A stretch of DNA of 64,000 nucleotides from an uncultured Verrucomicrobiae bacterium. Lineage in GTDB: Bacteria; Verrucomicrobiota; Verrucomicrobiia; Limisphaerales; Palsa-1400. Numbering within the stretch: position 1 is the stretch's first letter; each line of letters starts with the position of its first letter. The stretch is from contig CAVPOM010000011.1 of NCBI GenBank assembly GCA_963707025.1, positions 1 to 64,000 on the forward strand. Direction: 5' to 3'. The translations under genes were made by a program, and so were the position numbers. The notes below the pieces were generated by a model. That model worked only from the letters and a program-made list of their open reading frames with translations. It was not told the origin of the DNA and ran no database searches. This document shows, piece after piece, positions 10,058-20,418 of the stretch.

Positions 10058-11095
10058 GTCTGACGGCAATTGAACTTTGTGCAGGTGGTGGAGGCCAAGC
10101 GCTCGGTTTGGAGATGGCCGGATTTCATCATGTCGCCGCCGTCGAATACGAACCGCACTATTGCACAACCCTTCGCAGGAACCGTCCGCAGTGGAATGTT
10201 TTCCAGCAGGACATCCGCTGCTTTCGATGCCAAGATTTTTCTGGCATCGATCTGATTGCCCGGCGGAGTGCCATGTCCACCTTTCAGCATCGCTGGAAAA
10301 CAACTCGGAGCCGACGATGATCGGGATATGTTTCCTGCGGCCCTGTCAATCGTTGACCGCATCCGGCCGCGTGCCGTGCTTTTAGAAAATGTCCCGGGTC
10401 TCGCTGCGGCCAAATTCGAGAATTATCGTCGTGGGCTAATGTCGCAACTTTCAAAGTTTGGATACCAGCCCGAGTGGAGGGTGCTGCAAGCCTCCGATTA
10501 TGGAGTGCCACAACTTCGTCCTCGCTTCATCCTCATTGCGTTACGGCCTGGCGATGTAGAGTTTTTTGAGTGGCCAAATCCCAGCGGCTCTTTGCGCACT
10601 GTGGGGGAAACGCTCGTGGATTTGATGGAAGAAAATGGCTGGCCAGGAGCAGAGGCATGGGCGAGTCGGGCGCTCACCATAGCGCCGACTATTGTCGGCG
10701 GATCGAAGAAGCATGGTGGCCCCGATCTGGGCCCCACACGAGCCAGGCTCCAGTGGCGGCAGCTTGGCGTGGATGGCTTGGGCATCGCCGAAGAAGCGCC
10801 GGACGAGACTTTTGCAGAAAATGGAATGCCTCGATTGACTCCTCGCATGGTTGCGAGGATCCAAAGTTTTCCAGACGATTGGGAGTTCATGGGCAGCAAG
10901 ACCATTGCCTGCCGCCAAATTGGAAATGCCTTTCCACCTCTCGTTGCGAGGGCGGTTGGATTGGCCATCCGGCGGGCACTGCAACGCCAACGCGAGCCGG
11001 TAAATGGGGAAGAGTACGCTACCGAATATCGTCTGCTCGAAAAATTCGTGAGCAGGAAAAAAAGATGGCCCAAGAAAGAGGATCAAAAGAAGTGA
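10054..11095 (+). CDS. DNA cytosine-C5 methyltransferase, M.NgoMIV/M.NaeI-like (frameshift near 10260)
   Basis: ELCAGGGG, GGVPCPPFS, ENVPG, PQLRPR, RQIGNAFPP; TRD APTIVGGSKKHGGPDLGPTRA resembles GCCGGC-specific MTases as I recall them. Confidence 0.9.
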
Positions 11096-11156
11096 GTGCC
11101 GCTCCCAAATTGATGCGGTTGTCTACGTAAATGGAAAAAACAACCAAACTCGCACC

Positions 11157-11990
11157 ATGCCACGTCAAGGGACATCTGATACACACGCAGAGACTGCTGT
11201 CGCCAAATTCAACTCAAGGAAGGTGAGCCAGCGGAGAGACCTGGACACGGCATGGCTAACTGTTTCCGAATTGCTGATGACGTGTGAGATATGGGCAGCT
11301 GGCGAATGGCGTGCTTTTCGCGGTCAGCCCGTTTTGCGAGAAAGCAATGATTACAAGGAGAACCAAGACGGCGGATCTAATAAGGCACTGAAAGAGGCGG
11401 CATTGATCGGTGATTACATCGCGGAAGAATTGGGAATTCCTCGCACCGAGCTTTGCGCGCACATTGGCGGTTTTCTCAAAGGACTTGGAATCCAACCGAA
11501 CAATCCGCGCGGCCATGCTTTCAGGTCGCTTGTTGCTGAGATTCTATCAAGTTATGGGGACACGGGATTGACCGTGCGGGAGGAAGTTGACCCTCACCCT
11601 CTTTACCCCGGATTTACTTTCGCCCTGAGGTCGGCGAGCCCACGTATTGATATTGTTGTCCTGCGGCAGCAACGGATCGTCGCTTTGTGCTCAACTCGTT
11701 GGACCTACAGGCACGATCGCGTTGACATGCTTGAAGAGGCCACCGCATACATGGCTGCTGCACGCAGGGAAAATCCTGACTGCAAATTCTTTGGGATCAC
11801 CGCAGAATTAAATCCGGCCCGCCTCAAAAAAGTAGTGAAACAAACAAGCCCTCTTCAAAGAAATGCGGCGATGGAGCGGCTGATCCACCTTCACAAGCCG
11901 CTTGCAACGAGTGTCATAGGTCACAATGGGCTACTGGAGCACCTTATGGATTTGGCGGAGTGGGTTCGTGATTCTGGAAACTGGCGATGA
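11157..11990 (+). CDS. Putative type II restriction endonuclease of the CCGG (Cfr10I/NgoMIV) family
   Basis: Follows the C5-MTase; PRIDIVV...STRWTYRHDR...EE parallels NgoMIV PD...SCKWTIRSDR...E. Confidence 0.6.
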   Translation: MPRQGTSDTHAETAVAKFNSRKVSQRRDLDTAWLTVSELLMTCEIWAAGEWRAFRGQPVLRESNDYKENQDGGSNKALKEAALIGDYIAEELGIPRTELCAHIGGFLKGLGIQPNNPRGHAFRSLVAEILSSYGDTGLTVREEVDPHPLYPGFTFALRSASPRIDIVVLRQQRIVALCSTRWTYRHDRVDMLEEATAYMAAARRENPDCKFFGITAELNPARLKKVVKQTSPLQRNAAMERLIHLHKPLATSVIGHNGLLEHLMDLAEWVRDSGNWR

Positions 11991-12172
11991 CCAGTATGCC
12001 ACGCCGAAGGGGAGCTTATCAATGCTCGTGGACTTGATTGGGGCGCGGCGGCGCGATGTTCGGACTTCTGACGGCCGGGTGAGACGGGGACCGTCGCCTG
12101 GTGACTGGCGCGCAGGCCTAAGGGAACGCAGCGCGGCAAAGCCGCGTTGCGTTGTTTGGCGGCGGCAGGTTG

Positions 12173-12757
12173 TCATGGGAGAAAACCCAGCAGAACGGCT
12201 TGCGCCTCTTGTTTGACGGTGAGGACCTTTCTGAGGTTTTCCTGGGCGGCTTCCAGCCTGGCTTGCCCGGCTTTGCGGGCGGCGCGATACTTGGCGAGCG
12301 CGTTTCTGAGCTGCGGGACAGGGGCGTTGTCTTCCACGGCCTTCTGCAAGGCTTGCTGTTCGTCATTGGCTTGCGCCCCAAACCCACCCGGACCGCCCGG
12401 ACCACCCGGTCCGCCGGGACCGCCCGGACCGCCGCGCCCGCGCATGCCCATGCCGGGGCCGTCGCCGGCCTCGCGCCGGGTGTCCATCACTTTTTGAATG
12501 AGCGGTTGAATGACGGCCCATTCATCGTCATTGGTCACGGCCAGGGTTTGCCGGGTTTGGTCCATCATGCGTTGTCGGAACTGGGCGGGATCGAAGCCGC
12601 CGCCACCCGGACCTCCGGGGCCGCCGGGATCGCCGCCTCCCGGACTTCCGGGACCGGCGGAGCCGGGGCCGTTGTCATCCTGGGCAGGCAGGTTGCCGGC
12701 GGACAGGCACAGGGCTGTGACCAGCCCACAAAGGCCTAACATGTTGATAAGTTTCAT
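12173..12757 (-). CDS. Secreted Gly/Pro-rich helical hypothetical protein
   Basis: AGGAGA RBS, signal peptide, GGPGGP tracts, FDPAQFRQRMMD...LRKVLTVKQEA. Confidence 0.8.
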   Translation of the reverse strand: MKLINMLGLCGLVTALCLSAGNLPAQDDNGPGSAGPGSPGGGDPGGPGGPGGGGFDPAQFRQRMMDQTRQTLAVTNDDEWAVIQPLIQKVMDTRREAGDGPGMGMRGRGGPGGPGGPGGPGGPGGFGAQANDEQQALQKAVEDNAPVPQLRNALAKYRAARKAGQARLEAAQENLRKVLTVKQEAQAVLLGFLP

Positions 12758-12792
12758 AGTTCGTTCTCCTTTCGAGACTTCTGCAAAACTCC

Positions 12793-12865
12793 TGTAGCGG
12801 CGGTCTATGACCGCCGCCATGCCGTTATTTCCCTTGGTTTGCGACGGTCATAGACCGCCGCTACA
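12793..12865. repeat. Inverted REP doublet TGTAGCGGCGGTCTATGACCGCCG; other copies at 34183-34206, 45141-45164, 45772-45795, 63913-63936
   Basis: GTAG foot plus short palindrome; six copies in the window. Confidence 0.85.
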
Positions 12866-13338
12866 ATGGTGGAGGCGCGTTTTGCAGAGGTCTGCTTTCA
12901 TTGCATTCATTTGTTTTTCTCGTGTTTCAAGACTGGACGGCTTGCCAGGGCCGTCCGCAACCCGCACAGGGGTTGTCTTTTCACACGTATCACTTTGCCA
13001 CAACGAACATTAAGGGAGGATTAAGACGCCGAATGAAATGCAGAATGCAAAATGCAGAATGCAAAAGGCGGAATGAGAACTGGCCGGGGGAAACACAATC
13101 CGCCCGCCTGCGCAGGGGCTGCGGAGGGGCAGCCGACCGGCCCTGGAGAAATCCCGAAATGGGTCAGAAGGGTATGGGCCCGATTCATCGGGATCGAGCA
13201 GAAACTCGATTTCCTGGAAAGAAGTCACGGCTCGAACGGAGTCTCGCCCTACCTTCACTGACGCGTAACGAAATCCCGCGATTCACTATTCCCAATGCAC
13301 CCTGCTCCCTGCTAAGCTCGTGGCGGCAACATCAGGCC

Positions 13339-14112
13339 ATGCTTGCAAAACGCGTCATACCCTGTTTGGACGTGCATGACGGGAAAGTCACCCGCGGCGT
13401 CCAGTTCGGCCGGGCGGAAGCCGGCGAACTGCGCGACGTCGGCAACCCGGTCCAACTGGCCGTCCGCTACAACGAACAAGGGGCCGATGAAATGGTCTTC
13501 TTCGACATCACCGCCAGCGCGCACGGACGCGCCTCCATGATCGCCGTGATCGAACGCGCCGCCGACCAGTGCTTCATGCCCCTGACCGTCGGAGGCGGCA
13601 TCCGCTCGGTCGCGGACATGCACGCCATGCTCAGAGCCGGCGCGGACAAAACGAGCATCAACTCTTCCGCGCTGGCCACTCCCGGACTCATTACGCGCGG
13701 CGCGGAAAAATTCGGCAGCCAGTGCGTGGTTGTTTCCATTGACGCCAAAAAGACCGGGCCGGACCAGTGGTCGGTTTTTTCGCACGGCGGACGGCGGCCC
13801 ACCGGCCTGGACGCGGTGGCCTGGGCCAAAAAAGCGGTGGCGCTGGGCGCGGGCGAAATTGTCCTGAACAGCATTGACGCGGACGGGACCAGGGCCGGCT
13901 TCGATCTGGTCATCACCCGGCGGGTCAGCGAGGCGGTCGGGGTGCCGGTGGTGGCCAGCGGCGGGGCGGGGAGCCTGGAGCACATGGCGGCGGTGCTGCT
14001 GGAAGGCAAAGCCGACGCCGTGCTGGCCGCCGGCATTTTTCATTCCGGCGAATTCACGGTGGGCGACGTGAAAAAGTATTTGGCCGGGAAAAATATTCCG
14101 GTGCGGCTCTGA
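13339..14112 (+). CDS. hisF: Imidazole glycerol phosphate synthase cyclase subunit
   Basis: [46 protein letters not shown]. Confidence 0.96.
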   Translation: MLAKRVIPCLDVHDGKVTRGVQFGRAEAGELRDVGNPVQLAVRYNEQGADEMVFFDITASAHGRASMIAVIERAADQCFMPLTVGGGIRSVADMHAMLRAGADKTSINSSALATPGLITRGAEKFGSQCVVVSIDAKKTGPDQWSVFSHGGRRPTGLDAVAWAKKAVALGAGEIVLNSIDADGTRAGFDLVITRRVSEAVGVPVVASGGAGSLEHMAAVLLEGKADAVLAAGIFHSGEFTVGDVKKYLAGKNIPVRL

Positions 14113-14117
14113 AAATT

Positions 14118-14477
14118 ATGACTCAATTAACCCAATCCCGCTGGCTGCCGTTCGTATTGTTGACTTTCTCGAACGTTTTTATGACGTTCGCCTGGTACGG
14201 GCATTTGAAATTCAAGGACCGCCCGATTTGGCTGGTGATCATGGCCAGTTGGGGCATCGCGTTTTTCGAGTACGTGCTGCAAGTGCCGGCCAATCGCTGG
14301 GGCAGCAATGTCTGGTCGCCGGTGCAACTCAAAATCGCGCAGGAAATCATCACCCTCACCGTCTTCAGCGCCTTCGCCATTATGTATCTCAAGGCCGCCA
14401 TCCGCTGGAACCATCTGGTGGCCTTCGCCCTGGTCGTCGCCGCCGCCGGCTTTGCTTTTATGCCCAAAGATCAATAG
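14118..14477 (+). CDS. DMT-family small membrane protein (DUF486-like)
   Basis: SNVFMTFAWYGHLK, SWGIAFFEYVLQVPANR, QLKIAQEIITL. Confidence 0.88.
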   Translation: MTQLTQSRWLPFVLLTFSNVFMTFAWYGHLKFKDRPIWLVIMASWGIAFFEYVLQVPANRWGSNVWSPVQLKIAQEIITLTVFSAFAIMYLKAAIRWNHLVAFALVVAAAGFAFMPKDQ

Positions 14478-14605
14478 GGAACGGGCCATGCGTAATCATC
14501 CACCTGACGGGCCGCCTTGGTCTTGGTTGGCAGGGCGGGTCCCGAATTATCGGGACCCGCCGCGGCGCGCACGGAGTGCGCGCCCTACCTGGCTGGCGCG
14601 GTGTA

Positions 14606-15559
14606 TCACGCCCTGGGATGGGCCTGGTCGTAGGCGCGCTTGAGGCGTTCGGTGGTCAGGTGGGTATAGACCTGCGTCGTCACCAGGTGGGCGTGGCCGA
14701 GCAATTCCTGCACGCTGCGCAAATCGGCCCCGGCATCGAGCAGGTGGGTGGCGAAGCTGTGGCGCAATTTGTGCGGCGTGATTTTTGGATCCAGCCCGGC
14801 GGCGCGGAGATATATTTTCAGGCGCAACTGCACCGTGCGCGGGGTGAGCGGCGAAACTTTATGCGGGCGGGCGAGGAAAACGGGCAGGGCGCCGGCGGGG
14901 TCGTAATGCCGGTGTTGCCAATAGGCGCGAATGGCTTCCAGCGCCGGAGGGCCGATGGGCAGGAGCCGTTCCTTTTTTCCCTTGCCGCGCACGCGCACCA
15001 ACTGGCCGGGCCAGTCCAGGTCCTCCGCGCGAAGCTGGCACAACTCGCTCACGCGCAGGCCGCAGGAGTAAATCACTTCCAAAATGGCGGCGTCGCGAAA
15101 ATAGGGGCTCGCGTCCAACTTCTTTTTTTTCGCTGCCGCTTCGCGCTGCAATTCCTGGCCGGGCGCCTGCAACAGGTCCAGCAGTTGCGGCACGGTCAAA
15201 AAGCGGGGCAGCCGTTTTTCCCTGGCGGGGAGGGAAAGTTTGCGGATGGGCGAGACGGCGGCGGCGCCGTTTTGGATGAGGAACTTGTAAAAGGAGCGCA
15301 AGGCGGAGAAACGGAGTTGCACGGCGGCGCGGCTCAACCGGCTGCGGCCGAGGAAGCGGAGGAAATCACGGAAGTCATCCCGGCGCAGCGCGTTCCAATC
15401 CGGCGGCGTCTGGCGCTGGCGCTGGAACCAGGCGGAGAATTCCAGCAGCGCCTGGCGGTAATTGCGTTCCGTGTAAACCGAGGCCCCTTTTTCCGCCAGC
15501 AAATGCCGCAGGAATTTCGCAATCCACGGATCCATTTTCGGCTCTGGCGGCTCGTTCAT
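14606..15559 (-). CDS. xerC: Tyrosine recombinase XerC
   Basis: SALRSFYKFL, GLRVSEL, GKGKKER, TPHKLRHSFATHLL, LLGHAHLVTTQVYTH, YDQAHPRA. Confidence 0.88.
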   Translation of the reverse strand: MNEPPEPKMDPWIAKFLRHLLAEKGASVYTERNYRQALLEFSAWFQRQRQTPPDWNALRRDDFRDFLRFLGRSRLSRAAVQLRFSALRSFYKFLIQNGAAAVSPIRKLSLPAREKRLPRFLTVPQLLDLLQAPGQELQREAAAKKKKLDASPYFRDAAILEVIYSCGLRVSELCQLRAEDLDWPGQLVRVRGKGKKERLLPIGPPALEAIRAYWQHRHYDPAGALPVFLARPHKVSPLTPRTVQLRLKIYLRAAGLDPKITPHKLRHSFATHLLDAGADLRSVQELLGHAHLVTTQVYTHLTTERLKRAYDQAHPRA

Positions 15560-15562
15560 GTC

Positions 15563-15654
15563 TCTTGATCTTAATCCTGATCCTAATCTTAATCCTAATC
15601 TTAATCTTCAAACGCAGGAGAGGGATTAAGATTAAGATTAGGATTAGGATTAAG
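15563..15654. repeat. Inverted pair of hexamer arrays (TAATCY)n / (RGATTA)n
   Basis: tcttaatcctgatcctaatcttaatcctaatcttaatc ... gattaagattaagattaggattaggattaaga, between divergent xerC and radC. Confidence 0.85.
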
Positions 15655-15734
15655 AGGGGAACCGGCCTTTCGCCCCGATCAACGCGGGAATCTTGTTGAC
15701 CAATTGCTCATTGGGCGCTTACAACAGTGCCCAG

Positions 15735-16457
15735 ATGAGCGATGGCATCCGCATCAAGGACCTGCCTGAAAATGAACGGCCGCGCGAGCGGCTGGCCGAA
15801 TTGGGGGCGCAGGCGCTGCGGGATGCGGAGTTGATCGCCATCCTGCTGCGCACCGGCACCAAAGGCCGGTCCGCCGTCCAGATCGCCGATGAGTTGGTGC
15901 ATCGCTTCGGCACGCTCCATGCGCTGGCCCGCGCCTCCCTGGAAGATTTGCGCGCGGTCAAAGGCATCGGGCCGGACAAAGCCATCGCCCTGAAAAGCGC
16001 CTTCACCCTGGCGGCCCGCATGGCGCGGGAACTGCAGGGCGAAGCGCCGCTGCTGGACACCCCGGAACTGGTGGCCGATTTACTGCGCGATGAAAACCGG
16101 GGCTACGACGTGGAACATTTCCAGGCCGTGCTGCTGAATTCGCGCCGCAAACTTATCAAGGTGGAGCAGATTTCCCAGGGATCGGTGGACGGCATTTTGG
16201 TCCATCCGCGCGAAGTGTTCCGGGGCGCCATCGCGGCCAACGCTTCTTCGCTCGTCCTGGTGCATAACCATCCCAGCGGCGATCCCACGCCCTCGGAGTC
16301 CGACATCCGCGTGACGCGCGACTTGATCCGGGCGGGGCAACTGCTGAAAATCGAGGTGGCCGACCATATTATTCTGGGCGAGCGCACCGCCGGCAACAGC
16401 AAGGGCTATTTTTCCATGCGCGAGATGGGCTTGTTTTTTGCGGCGGCCCCGGCTTAA
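15735..16457 (+). CDS. radC: RadC/JAB-domain protein
   Basis: ERPRERL...ELIAILLRTG, VHPREVF, HNHPSGDPTPSESD, DHIILG. Confidence 0.93.
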   Translation: MSDGIRIKDLPENERPRERLAELGAQALRDAELIAILLRTGTKGRSAVQIADELVHRFGTLHALARASLEDLRAVKGIGPDKAIALKSAFTLAARMARELQGEAPLLDTPELVADLLRDENRGYDVEHFQAVLLNSRRKLIKVEQISQGSVDGILVHPREVFRGAIAANASSLVLVHNHPSGDPTPSESDIRVTRDLIRAGQLLKIEVADHIILGERTAGNSKGYFSMREMGLFFAAAPA

Positions 16458-18493
16458 GAGCTTGTCACCCGGCACACGGCGGTCGCCGTCCTGGCCGGAT
16501 CGCTTTCGGAAGTGGCGGTGAGGGTGATCGTCCCGGAAGCAGCCGCCCCGGCGGCGTGGGAGATAAAAACCGCGATGGAGGCGCGCCCGCCAAACTTGAC
16601 GGCGGCCAGGCCGTTGCGCAATTGGGCGGTCCATCCTGCGCCCTGCACGGAGACGGCAAGGCGGTAGATGTCCGAATTCAACCAGGCGGTGGCGTCCTGC
16701 GGATGGGCCGCCGGGTCGGTGGCCGCGGCGGACCCGGTGTTCTTCAGGGTAAAAGCGCAGGGAGAATAGGGCGCGGCCACAGCCAGGGCGGCCGGTCCCT
16801 GCAAAGCCACGCCGCGCTGCTGCGGCCCCGAGCCGTCCAGCGAGCGAACGCCCAGGGTGTAGGTGCGGACGCCCTGGCGGCTGGTTTTGAGGTCAATGAC
16901 GTAGAAGTGGAGGCGGTTGGGGGTGTCCTCAAATTCGTATTGACTGCCGGAGTTGAGGCCGGCGTGAAAAAGGGCGTCGTTCAACTGCCGGTAATCGGCG
17001 ATGGTGCGCATGACCGGCTCGCCGTTGGGCCGCTTGAAGTCCAGCTTGTTCATGTCTTCGGGGTGGGCGTCAATCACCCAGTTGAAGCAGTTGAAGCCGT
17101 TGGTGCCGCCGGTCTGGCCTTCCCGGTCCTTGTTTTTGGCGATGAGCACGCCGCTGTCCGGGCAAAAGGAATCGTAGCCGATGCGCTGGATCGTCTCCAG
17201 GCTGTAGAAATTGCAGGTCGGCCGCCCGGCGGAGAGCGCGTTGGTGGCGGGATCATCCGGCGGGGTGCGATCCTGCGGGGCGTCGCCGTCCAGCCGGACG
17301 ACCAGGCCGCTGAAGGAATCCGGGCCGCGGGCGACTTCGCGCGCGACGACCCGCGCCACGGCCAGTCCGGCCGCGGCCAGGCCGCTGCGGTTGAGGCGCA
17401 GGACGTCATTGGTGTCAATAAATTTGAAATTGAGCTTTTGGCGCACCATCAACCCGGCGGGCATCGAGCCGCCCTCCATCACCGGCACCAGCCAGCGGCG
17501 ATGCGGGCCGCCGGGACCGTTGAAGGAGCCGCGGTCCATGATGTCCCAGGGACCGGCCCCGGCCCGGCGATAGGGGGTGACGTAAGGATTATTATTGTTG
17601 TCACCGACGTGGAAGGCGAAATGGGAAATCTCGTGGCGGATGGAGCCGGAGCATTCGCCCTGGATGATGGAGGACTCGCTCCAGAGCATCTCGGCGGCCT
17701 TCCAGCTTGTCCAGGGCACATAGCGGCTGACCACCCAGCGGGGCAGGTTGGTGTCCGGGTTGCCGAATGCCGGGGTGATGTCGTCGCGCGTTTGGAATTT
17801 CATTTCGCCAAATTCCTGCCAGAGACAGGTTTCGTCGTAGCCGGCGAAGATGCGCAGGACGATGTCGAAATTGGTGCCCACATTCGTTCCCGCGTCGGCC
17901 CGCCAGAGCGCATCCACGTCCCCGGTCAAGCCGCCCCTGCGGGCGGGGGCGTAGCCCGAGGGCATGGCGCCGCGCTGATTGCCGGCCAGGCCGTATTGGA
18001 ACATTTTTTGGGGCATGTGATAGGGGCCAAAGGGGGTGGTGGTCACGCCCATCCGGCCGCGGGATTGCTCCATCCAATACTCATGGAGGGTGTGGCCGCG
18101 GTTGACCGCCTGGGGCTTGTTCCAGAAATCGGCGTAGAACTTCGCCACATCGGCGCGCGGGACCGGGTCAATTTGCGGGTTGCCGAAAAGGTCGGAATGT
18201 TTGGGCAGGGTCATGACAAAGGGCTGGTCGTCGAAATCGGCCAGCAAGACGGCGATGCGCATGAGCTTGACGGTCGGCTGGCGCCGCGGGTCGGCCCAGT
18301 TGACGCCCGGAATGGGATGGTAATCCGCCCAGGTCATGTCGTCCTGGTCCTCGACTTTTTGGGGGTCAATCGCCGCCAGGCCGGGGGCCTGGCCGCCGGC
18401 TTTGGGCTGGGAGGGATGGGCGCAGGACAGCCCGAAAAGAAGGCCTTGAGCCAGGCAGAAAATCCGGAGAAAAGACCAGGGATGCTTTTTCAT
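16454..18493 (-). CDS. Exported M6-family (immune inhibitor A-like) metalloprotease domain protein
   Basis: Signal/lipobox LFGLSC; HEISHFAFHVGD zinc motif; GPWDIMDRGSFNGPGG. Confidence 0.75.
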   Translation of the reverse strand: MKKHPWSFLRIFCLAQGLLFGLSCAHPSQPKAGGQAPGLAAIDPQKVEDQDDMTWADYHPIPGVNWADPRRQPTVKLMRIAVLLADFDDQPFVMTLPKHSDLFGNPQIDPVPRADVAKFYADFWNKPQAVNRGHTLHEYWMEQSRGRMGVTTTPFGPYHMPQKMFQYGLAGNQRGAMPSGYAPARRGGLTGDVDALWRADAGTNVGTNFDIVLRIFAGYDETCLWQEFGEMKFQTRDDITPAFGNPDTNLPRWVVSRYVPWTSWKAAEMLWSESSIIQGECSGSIRHEISHFAFHVGDNNNNPYVTPYRRAGAGPWDIMDRGSFNGPGGPHRRWLVPVMEGGSMPAGLMVRQKLNFKFIDTNDVLRLNRSGLAAAGLAVARVVAREVARGPDSFSGLVVRLDGDAPQDRTPPDDPATNALSAGRPTCNFYSLETIQRIGYDSFCPDSGVLIAKNKDREGQTGGTNGFNCFNWVIDAHPEDMNKLDFKRPNGEPVMRTIADYRQLNDALFHAGLNSGSQYEFEDTPNRLHFYVIDLKTSRQGVRTYTLGVRSLDGSGPQQRGVALQGPAALAVAAPYSPCAFTLKNTGSAAATDPAAHPQDATAWLNSDIYRLAVSVQGAGWTAQLRNGLAAVKFGGRASIAVFISHAAGAAASGTITLTATSESDPARTATAVCRVTSS

Positions 18494-18541
18494 GTCATTT
18501 AGAGGAGTGTGGCGCCGCCCATGCGGGCGCGGGCCTGGCGG

Positions 18542-20002
18542 CTACTGGCCGGGCGGCGCATAGTAGTCAATCATTCTTTGCAAAGCCCATTTGCAAACGG
18601 CGCAAAACTGATCGCCGGAGCGCATGATGCAATCCTGCTGGGGCCGGTACATGCCGGTTCGCAAATAGCCCGCGCCCTCGAAGGCGCCGACCCGGTTGGC
18701 CAAATCGGAAATCCGGGCCTGGATTTCAGCCGGGCGCGCTTTGACCCCCGCGTCCAGGGCCTTGATCTGGTCGTCGCTCAGGCCGTTGGTCAGGGCGCGC
18801 AATTCCCGCCGCAAGGCGGTGATTTCCGGCAGGCCGGACGGAGTGGGCAGGGCGATGCCGGGGGTGAGGAGCGCCTTCCACTTGAGGTTGGCGGGGTCGA
18901 GCAATTCGGTGATGTTGGGATCCAGCGGTTCGACACCCTTGGGGTACATGTCGTTGTAAGCCACGTTGCCCTCGTATTCGTCGGCCAGGAAGGCAAAGGA
19001 ATGGCCCAGCTCATGGATGAACACCCGCTGACTGCTGCTGCTATCCACCGAGGTGATGCAGTAATCCAGGCAGATGCTCCCGCCCCCGTAGCGCGAGGTA
19101 TTGACCAGAACAATGATGGTGTCGTAAGGCACCTGCGCCGCCATGCGGTGCATGGCGAAGCTGTCCTGCACCAGCAAGTATCGGTCGGTGTCGAAGGAAT
19201 TGTAGGAGGCGTTGAGCGACGTGTTCTTGTAAAGGCGTTGCCGCGGTTCGTCCATGCCCCTCTCCGCCGAGGCGCGGAAAATGGCGTTGATGTTGAATCT
19301 GTCCTTGTTCGGTTTGTACGGCTCCATGCTGAACAGGAAAGCGGTCATGCGCTCGGCGTCCTTTTTGAATTTGTCCTTGTCCTCCGCCGTGTAGCCCTCG
19401 GCCAGAAAAACAAAGTCCACCTTGTCATGCGGGTCGCCGGTCTTTTGGATTTCAAACACCGTGTCGCCCAGGTTCACATTTTCCCGGATGATATGATAAT
19501 CATGCGGGTCCACCGTGGTGGAGTAGAGGGGCACGGGCACATTGAACTTGTCGCGCCGTTCCACCACCGCCAGCACCGGCTTTTTGGGGCAAGGAAAGCG
19601 CAGCACCGTCTCGCAGGCGCGCTTGACGCCGTCCAGGGCGGGCCGGGTGGTTTTGTATTCGGCGAACATGGGATTGAAGCCGCGGGAATAAATGAGCCGG
19701 TTGGATTCCTTGTCGTAAACCTTCAGGCAATAACGGCCCACCTCGAAGGGCTGGAGGAGCGCGCGCGGATTCTCCGGCCAGACCGGCTCCTGATAGATGG
19801 CGTGCTCGGTGATGATTTCATTGGTGGCGTCGCCGATCTCGTAAATCTCCCAGCGCAACGCCGCGTTGATAAAATAATCGTCGAACGACACGGGGGGCGC
19901 CTGGGCGGCAACCCGTACGGCCAGGCCGCAAAGCAGCGCCAGGACAATCAGCACGCATGGTGTGGCGCGGGGAATCCGGCGGTTTAAGAAGCTCTTTATC
20001 AT
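18542..20002 (-). CDS. M64-family metallopeptidase
   Basis: FLAEGYT, HELGHSFAFLADEY, FEGAGY...YRPQQDCIMRS...FCAVC. Confidence 0.9.
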   Translation of the reverse strand: MIKSFLNRRIPRATPCVLIVLALLCGLAVRVAAQAPPVSFDDYFINAALRWEIYEIGDATNEIITEHAIYQEPVWPENPRALLQPFEVGRYCLKVYDKESNRLIYSRGFNPMFAEYKTTRPALDGVKRACETVLRFPCPKKPVLAVVERRDKFNVPVPLYSTTVDPHDYHIIRENVNLGDTVFEIQKTGDPHDKVDFVFLAEGYTAEDKDKFKKDAERMTAFLFSMEPYKPNKDRFNINAIFRASAERGMDEPRQRLYKNTSLNASYNSFDTDRYLLVQDSFAMHRMAAQVPYDTIIVLVNTSRYGGGSICLDYCITSVDSSSSQRVFIHELGHSFAFLADEYEGNVAYNDMYPKGVEPLDPNITELLDPANLKWKALLTPGIALPTPSGLPEITALRRELRALTNGLSDDQIKALDAGVKARPAEIQARISDLANRVGAFEGAGYLRTGMYRPQQDCIMRSGDQFCAVCKWALQRMIDYYAPPGQ

Positions 20003-20418
20003 AAAACTCAGTTCACAGGCCACTGCCAGGGCCGGCGCCCTGTCGCGGGCAAGTTCATCGGGTTACAAAAGCAGACTTGCCGGCCCCCGTCGAGATTTTT
20101 CACGAGGCCCAAATTTTCGCCCGAGGCCGATTCAATATGTCAACAAACGGATTTTTAACAGGAGGGCGCAGAGCAAACAGAGGTTTTCTTTTTTCGTTCT
20201 CCGTTTTCTCCGTTCTCTCCTGTTCAGAATTCCTGCGTTGGAGCTCCGCGTTGGATTTAACGGGCATCTGTTCATGCCGTGCAAAGCGGTATTTTGGGCA
20301 GGTGACACGCCAGAAGGCCCACTCCTCCCGCAACGCCGCATGTGCGCTCCGGTAATCCTGGCGGTTGAAGGCCGCGAAATCCGCGCGGGCGTATCTTGGC
20401 GCTGTTCTTAATTCTTGG

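Noticed and set aside
14606..16457. xerC plus radC as a mobile element
   Set aside because: Backbone-like GC and codon style, housekeeping XerC signature, no att sites or cargo.
16556..19987. Long antisense ORFs (e.g. 3434..4753, 16556..18502, 18509..19987, 43798..45735, 56922..58232)
   Set aside because: Shadow frames of high-GC genes on the opposite strand, with no recognisable motifs.
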